Of a stretch of 64,000 nt of DNA, positions 53,923 to 64,000 are shown in pieces. The stretch's first letter is position 1. Each line of letters opens with the position of its first letter. Source of the stretch: Eledone cirrhosa (taxonomy: Eukaryota). Both the position numbers and the translations under genes were made by a program. Below the pieces are notes generated by a model. The model was not told where the DNA came from. It saw nothing but the letters and a program-made list of their open reading frames with translations, and did not search any database. The DNA lies in NCBI GenBank assembly GCA_964016885.1, contig OZ024749.1, forward strand, positions 8,556,001-8,620,000, read 5' to 3'.

Positions 53923-55143
53923 CTCTAGACAAAGGTGGTGGGTTGGCAGCAATGGTGGAGTACCGTGTAGAATACTTTGTGGCATGTAGTTACGAATTAC
54001 TATGTTTTGAGTTCAAATCTCGCCTCGCCTTTCCTTCTTCCGGTGCCGATAAAATTGGGTACCAGTTATGTACTGAGGTCGATATAATCTATTTTCTATG
54101 TCCCCCCCCCCCCCCCGTGATTAATATTTGTTTCTAATTTTGGAACAAGGCCAGCAATTTGAATGGAAGGGTAAAGTCGACAAAATCGACCCCAGTGCGT
54201 TACCGGTTATTTATTTTATGGACCCTGTAAGGATGAAAAGTAAAGCTAACCTTGGGGGGATTTGAAATCAGAAGGTAAAGGGCCATAAGTCTATGCCGCA
54301 AAGAATGTTGGTTGTCCGATGCTCTACCAATCCTGCCAATCCATCGCCTTAGACAAGTCCAGTATATCCCACAAAGAATGTTGTCCGATGATCTACCGAT
54401 TCAGCCAATCCATCGCCTAAGACACAAGTCCAACAATTCATTGGGAAAGGAAAGTCGATTATATTGACTCCAGTATATTACTGGTACTTTATTTTATGGA
54501 CACTGAAAGGTAAAGCTAACCCTCTGCAAGATTTTAACTTAGAACGTAAAGAGCCGTAACTCTATGCTGCAAAGCATGTTGTCCGACGCTCTAATAATAA
54601 TAATTGTTTCTACTTTTGGAACAAGGCCAGCAATAAACCAGTGTATTACTGGTACTTTATTTTATCGACCCCATAAGGATGAAAGGTAAAATTAACCTCG
54701 GCGGGATTTGAACTCAGAATGGCAAGGGCCATAACTATGCGTCAAAGCATGGCGTCCGACCCTCTACCGATACTGCCAATCCAAATAATAATAATAATTG
54801 TTTCTACTTTAGGCACAAGTCCAACAATTCTTCGGGAAGGGAAAGTCGAGTTAAACGACACCAGTGCATTACTGGTATTTAATTGTATCGACCTCGTAAG
54901 GATGAAAGGTAAAGCTAAACTCAGCATATTAGAACTGAGAACATAAACGGCCATAACTACATGACACAAAGTATGTTGTCCAACGCTCTAACGACAAATC
55001 AACCGCCTTGGCATTGTGGTTAATATTTTTTTTTAAATTAATTACTATAGACCAGAAGTTCTGGAAATGTTATTGCCACCCCTAACCCATCCTCACAGCT
55101 ATGTGGTACCCTCAGCGCCCCACCCTATTCCAGAGAGACCTGT

Positions 55144-55565
55144 CTACAATCGGTAAATAATTGTTTCTACTTTAGGCACAAGGCCAGCAATTAACCAGTT
55201 CATTACTGGTACTTTATTTTATCAACCCCGTAAGGATGAAAGGCAAAGTCAACCTCGGCGGGATTTGAACTCAGATCGTAAAGGGCCGTAACTATGCTGG
55301 AAAGAATGGCGTCCGACCCTCTACCGATACTGCCAATCCACCGCCCTACAATCGGTAAATAATTGTTTCTACTTTAGGCACAAGGCCAGCAATTACCCAG
55401 TGCATTACTGGTACTTTATTTTATCGACCCCGTAAGGATGAAAGGCAAAGTCAACTTCGGCGGGATTTGAACTCAGATCGTAAAGGGACGTAACTATGCT
55501 GGAAAGCATGGCGTCCGACCCTCTACCGATACTGCTAATCCACCGCCCTACAATCGGTAAATAAT
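55144..55565 (-). mobile_element. Two head-to-tail SINE copies separated and flanked by the same 18-bp sequence
   Basis: CTACAATCGGTAAATAAT at 55144, 55346 and 55548 (period 202 bp). Confidence 0.85.
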
Positions 55566-56241
55566 ATATAATAAATACAATCGCTAATTTATATACAATA
55601 AATAATATAACATATGCTATGTATAAATAAATATCATATAGTTATTTTACTATTTATATATAATATGTATCATTTGATATTTAATATATCATCTCTACCA
55701 TCCCCTTAGGCCGCATCGCCTTCCCTCGTCCTTCTCAACGCCCCTCCCCACGGAGGGTGGTAGCGCTCATGTTGAGAACCTCTCTCTAGACGCTAATGTC
55801 GTCACATATGTCAGCTGAACAGGAATGTAGACAGAAAAAGAGCATTTAAATTTATAATAGGAATACAACACAGGACAATAAAATCGTAATTTCAACTACA
55901 AATATTGATGATTTAGCGATGTTAAACTAATAATATCTGTGTATGAAACCAGGCGGACATGAAATTGTGTTAATGAGAATGGTAAGTCTGCTGGAAGGTA
56001 GAATATATTATATTGAACGTCCTGGCAGTTATAAAACTTTTACTATAAAAGACGCTCACATAATATGATCAAAGTGAAATATCTCACTTAAACATTAAAA
56101 TAAATTGGCTGAAGCGAATCTTTGTCGACAGCTGTTACTCTGGAAAACTTGGATTACTTGCCGCATACAACATAGATAAATGGTAACTTGTTATGTAACG
56201 TATGTATGGATGTAAGTAGGTATGTATGTATGTACGTTTGC

Positions 56242-56299
<58 letters not shown>

Positions 56300-58260
56300 G
56301 TAATGTATGTGTGTATATGTGTATATGTTCTTCTGGTTTTATAATTTCACAAATTGTTGCCAATAGAGAGAGAGTAGGTTTCTAACATAGACACAAGACT
56401 CTCACGTTGGAATTTACACACCATCAACTAGGTAGATATGTATGCATGTCTGCATGCATGCATATGTGTGCAGGTATGGATGTATATATATATGTATGTT
56501 TGTATAGTAATGTATGTAGTATGTATGCGTGTATGCATGTATGTATGTTTGTATGTAATGTATTGTATGTAATTATTGTAATCTATATATGTATATATAG
56601 GTGTTTCTGTGTATATATAGAATGTAATGTAATGTATGTATGTATGTATGTATATGTATAATTTATGTATGGGTGGTTATATGGATGTATGTACAGGTAA
56701 CCCCTGATAAACGACGTACGTTGGGCATTTTTAACCTCACCAAGCCCCTCGCCTATCCATGTCTTTAAACAGCCGATTTCTTACAGAGAAGGAGAAAGGA
56801 AAATAGAGTGATTTAGTAGGAGAGAGTGTGATATAGAGGGGGTGAGGAAGATATATAGAGGAAGAATCTACCCTAGTAGCGGACTGGTACATTTTTTCAT
56901 CGACCTCGAAAGGGTGAAAGACAAAGATAATCTCGATTGGTTCCTTCCATTCCGATGTTATATAGCTGAAACAAACACCCCAAATCATTTTATGCCACGT
57001 ACTAATGTAACTGCCAGTTTGCCTCGTTCAAATACATAATACATATATATCTAAGTCTAACGTTTATCTCAGTCAATATCATATATCTCAAGGGAGATAA
57101 CTGGTATTTCTAACGAAGTACGAGGATAAATTATAACTTTTCAGGGTCATTCAGGACTTCGAACGCTCAGCATACGACAAGTGTTGTAAGTGAATCCTAC
57201 GATATATTTAGTCCGTACCTGGATATAATTATGCGACCCCACCAACAGCCACACTTAATAACCATGTCTAACATAAAACTAAAAGAAATTTGGTGGGGGT
57301 CGTGGTGGGGAGAAGTGGTGTTTAGCTGATGGAATAATCGATATCAGTATTTGACTAATATTATATATTATCGACCCCAGGATGGTAAACGGCAAAGTCA
57401 ACCTCCGTGTAATTTAGGTTCAGAATTTTAACAATGATTTCCTTACATATGAACAAAGTGACATTATTTTCAAATCCCGCCGAGGTTAACTTTGCCTTTC
57501 ATCCTTACGGGGTTGATAAAATAAAGTACCAGTAATGCACTGAGATAATTGCCGGCCTTGTGCCAAATGTAGAAACAATTATTTTCAGAATTGGTTCTAC
57601 ATGCTTAAATAAACCCGACTCTTCACAGCTACATATGTTATCGATGAAATCGATCTTGGCCATATTTCAACAGACAGTATTTAGTCCTATGTCGACCTAA
57701 AAGCATTGTATGCAACGTTCTACTAATTCTGCCAATATAAAGAACGATGATACAACCCCACAAGGGAAATATATGAAGTGTTGCTCTAAAATAAAGTTTA
57801 TTAACAACATAAATTAAATCAAAGTATATTTGATATTGCTACATGTGGAAGAGAGGTTAAAATATTGGTTTAATTCACCAAGTTATTGGAAATTGGGAGA
57901 TAGAAATTGGGAGATGGAAACTAAAGCCGTACAGCAAGAACTGCCCGTCTTTAAGCCCCCCCCCCACCTCTTTTTTCATTACTTAATTTTGTTCTCGTGT
58001 TTCTTTTACGTATTTATGTAATTATTGATGGTTTTTAAGCCAACTTTGTGGGTGAAACATGTATGGACAATAAACATTTATGTCCGTATGTGTATATATA
58101 TACATATTTGTATATGTATATATATATATAATGTGTATATTTATATATGTATATATATATATATATATAATGTGTATATTTATATATGTATATATATATA
58201 TATATATGTGTGTATATATATATTTATATATATATATATATATGTGTGTATATATATATT

Positions 58261-58321
<61 letters not shown>

Positions 58322-58632
58322 TTATATATGTATATATATATGTGTATATATATATTTATATATGTATATATATATGTGTATATATATATTTATATATGTA
58401 TATATATATATATATATATGTGTATATATATATATTTATATATGTATATATATATATATATATATGTGTATATATATATATTTATATATGTATATATATA
58501 TATATATATATGTGTATATATATATATTTATATATGTATATATATATATATATATATATGTGTATATATATATTTATATATGTATATATATATATATGTG
58601 TATATATATATATATATGTGTATAAATATATA

Positions 58633-58671
<39 letters not shown>

Positions 58672-59404
58672 AAATATATATATATATATATATGTGTATA
58701 AATATATATATATATATATATATGTGTATAAATATATATATATATGTATATAGATATATGTGTATATATATATATATATGTGTATAAATATATATATATA
58801 TGTGTATATATATATGTGTGTATATATATATATGTGTATAAATATATATATATGTATATAGATATATATGTATATAGATATATGTGTATATATATATTTA
58901 TATATGTATATATATATAGATATATGTGTATATATATATTTATATATGTATATATATATATATAGATATATGTGTATATATATATTTATATATGTATATA
59001 TATATATAGATATATGTGTATATATATATAGATATATGTGTATATATATATTTATATATGTGTATATATATATATATATAGATATATGTGTATATATATA
59101 TATATATTTATATATGTGTGTATATATATATTTATATATGTATATATATGTGTATATATATATTTATATATGTATATATATATATGTGTGTGTATATATA
59201 TATTTATATATGTATATATATGTGTATATATATATTTATATGTGTATATATCTACTTATATATGTATATATATGTGTATATATATATTTATATGTGTATA
59301 TATATATTTATATATGTATATATATGTGTATATGTATATTTATATATATATATGTGTGTATATATATATATTTATATATGTATATATATATAAATATATA
59401 TTTG

Positions 59405-59435
<31 letters not shown>

Positions 59436-59490
59436 ATATATATATATATATTTGTATATATATATATATATATATTTGTATATATATATT

Positions 59491-59972
59491 TATATATTGG
59501 TAAACGGAATAGAAAATGCTGACAAATTGTTCACAATTGAAAAATGGTTTAATTAGGAATAAAAGAGTATTAGTGATTGTATGGGTTAGTATTCAGTTGT
59601 GGTTTTAAGTTTTTAAGTTTTTACCTGTTGCGCATTTCTAAATGCTTTTCAAAAATAATTTTGAGATAGAGTGTCCGTGCTGTTTGCTCTGATCTGATTA
59701 GTTTTGGGAATTCTACCTGTTTTTATGTTAAAAAAGTGGCTCCAGCGTTATTTTTGTGTTGCAAAAATTCTTGTGGTCAAAACAATTTTGATTGGTCGGT
59801 AGAGGTCATGTGAATGTAAAAAGTTGATTTTGCGCCAAGACTGTTTTTATGTTAAAAAAGTGGCTCCAGCAAAAATTCTTGGTCAAAACAATTTTGATTG
59901 GTCGGTAGAGGTCATGTGAATAAAAAATAGGTTTTGCGCCAAGATTGAGAAATGACTCTTTCACAACAAATA

Positions 59973-60011
<39 letters not shown>

Positions 60012-60284
60012 TAGTAAGGTGTTCGATGCTGCGACAATGGCCAGCAGCGATGTGTGTCAAATGGCTATTAAGATAAGTGTGTGTGTGTGTGTGTATAGCA
60101 GAGTGATTCGTGGTGGTAGGGATGGTCAGTAAGAATGTGTCTGAAAGCAATGGGGGGTATTTTAGCATGTCAAAAGATATTTTTCAGCTTTTGTCTTATA
60201 CGGAGAAGTGCGTGTGTGTGTGTGTATATAAGTCTCTTTGTATGTTGATGTACGCGTGTGTATGTGTTTGTGTATGTGTTTGTG

Positions 60285-60353
<69 letters not shown>

Positions 60354-60781
60354 ACCAGTATTTTTTTCCCCCTGGTAAAATGGTGTACATTATACGATTT
60401 TTTCAGTAAAATCGGTTCTCTTAATAGAACATCAAAAATCTTAACAATAAAAGGTGTGAAATGATATTCACTATATATATATACACATACATATATTCAC
60501 TACATATATATATATATACACATATACATACATATATCTGCACATATATTTCTTTGTATTGCACCATAGAGCATGTGTGTTTACGTGTGTCATTGTGTTT
60601 ATATGTGGGTAGAGATGTGTGCTGATGTAGGTATGTATGTTAACGTGTGTATGTTGTGGGTTCGTCTTAGGAAGAAGTGTTTAGACGGGGTCCGTATTTG
60701 TTAATGAAGTAAGATTCCTTGCTGATGCGCTGGGTGTGGGTGGCATTGCAATACAAAGAAATATATGTGCATATATATGTA

Positions 60782-60822
<41 letters not shown>

Positions 60823-61745
60823 AATATATGTATGTGTATATATATATATATAGTGAATATCATTTCACACCTTTTATTGTTAAGATTTTTGATGTTCTAT
60901 TAAGAGAACCGATTTTACTGAAAAAAATCGAATAATGTACACCATTTTACCAGGGGGAAAAAAATACTGGTCCACCCACACACACACATATATATACACA
61001 CGCGTACATCAACATACAAAGAGACTTATATACACACACACACACACACACGCGCACTTCTCCGTATAAGACAAAAGCTGAAAAATATCTTTTGACATGC
61101 TAAAATACCCCCCATTGCTTTCAGACACATTCTTACTGACCATCCCTACCACCACGAATAACTCTGCTATACACACACACACACACTTATCTTAATAGCC
61201 ATTTGACACACATCGCTGCTGGCCATTGTCGCAGCATCGAACACCTTACTACACACACACACACACACACACACATTTGTTGTGAAAGAGTCATTTCTCA
61301 ATCTTGGCGCAAAACCTATTTTTTATTCACATGACCTCTACCGACCAATCAAAATTGTTTTGACCAAGAATTTTTGCTGGAGCCACTTTTTTAACATAAA
61401 AACAGTCTTGGCGCAAAATCAACTTTTTACATTCACATGACCTCTACCGACCAATCAAAATTGTTTTGACCACAAGAATTTTTGCAACACAAAAATAACG
61501 CTGGAGCCACTTTTTTAACATAAAAACAGGTAGAATTCCCAAAACTAATCAGATCAGAGCAAACAGCACGGACACTATCTCAAAATTATTTTTGAAAAGC
61601 ATTTAGAAATGCGCAACCGGTAAAAACTTAAAAACACAACTGAATACTAACCTATACAATCACTAATACTCTTTTATTCCAAATTAAACCATTTTTCAAC
61701 TGTGAACAATTTGTCAGCATTTTCTATTCCGTTTACCAATATATA
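59491..61745. mobile_element. Penelope-like element remnant: about 1.05-kb inverted repeat (59491-60563 / 60747-61745) with 183-bp spacer, in (TA)n
   Basis: The arms are reverse complements apart from microsatellite lengths and a few substitutions. The spacer encodes a GIY-YIG-like C-terminus on the minus strand. Confidence 0.8.
60667..60744 (-). pseudogene. C-terminal fragment of a Penelope-type GIY-YIG endonuclease
   Basis: Reads ATHTQRISKESYFINKYGPRLNTSS*, matching the R..KE..FI.K..P.LN motif that ends GIY-YIG domains. Confidence 0.7.
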
Positions 61746-61778
61746 ATAACTTGTGTTACACCTCTATTCTTTTAACTA

Positions 61779-61945
<167 letters not shown>

Positions 61946-62190
61946 ATATATATATATATATGTGTATATATATATATGTGTATATATATATATATATGTG
62001 TATATATATATATGTGTATATATATATATATATGTGTATATATATATATGTGTATATATATATATATATGTGTATATATATATATATATGTGTATATATA
62101 TATATGTGTATATATATATATATGTGTATATATATATATATATGTGTATATATATATATGTGTATATATATATATATATGTGTATATATA

Positions 62191-62235
<45 letters not shown>

Positions 62236-62270
62236 GTGTATATATATATATATATGTGTATATATATATT

Positions 62271-62305
<35 letters not shown>

Positions 62306-62318
62306 ATATATATATATA

Positions 62319-64000
<1,682 letters not shown>

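Overview
This is AT-rich, microsatellite-saturated animal DNA; the SINE families and repeat landscape suggest an octopus or other cephalopod (inference). It holds one host gene, a single-ORF PKDCC/VLK-like secretory-pathway tyrosine kinase (3425-5404, +) with a long poly-Gly insertion. The rest is repeats: a full-length Tx1-clade LINE with two intact ORFs sitting in an (AAT)n tract (45550-51381, -), a decayed DD37D/maT transposon, three truncated copies of a CR1/L2-group LINE at TA-rich microsatellites, RTE and CRE remnants, three non-autonomous Helitrons, MITEs, more than 20 tRNA-derived SINEs and several minisatellites. The main signal not shown by the ORF track is about a dozen type I hammerhead-ribozyme motifs (stem I-CUGANGA-stem II-GAAA-palindromic stem III-UH-stem I) from at least five sequence families. 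Many lie inside (TA)n-flanked inverted repeats. The largest inverted repeat (about 1.05-kb arms, 59491-61745) has a spacer encoding a Penelope-type GIY-YIG C-terminus, which links these structures to Penelope-like retroelements. All folds were made by eye, and repeat boundaries are approximate to a few bases.
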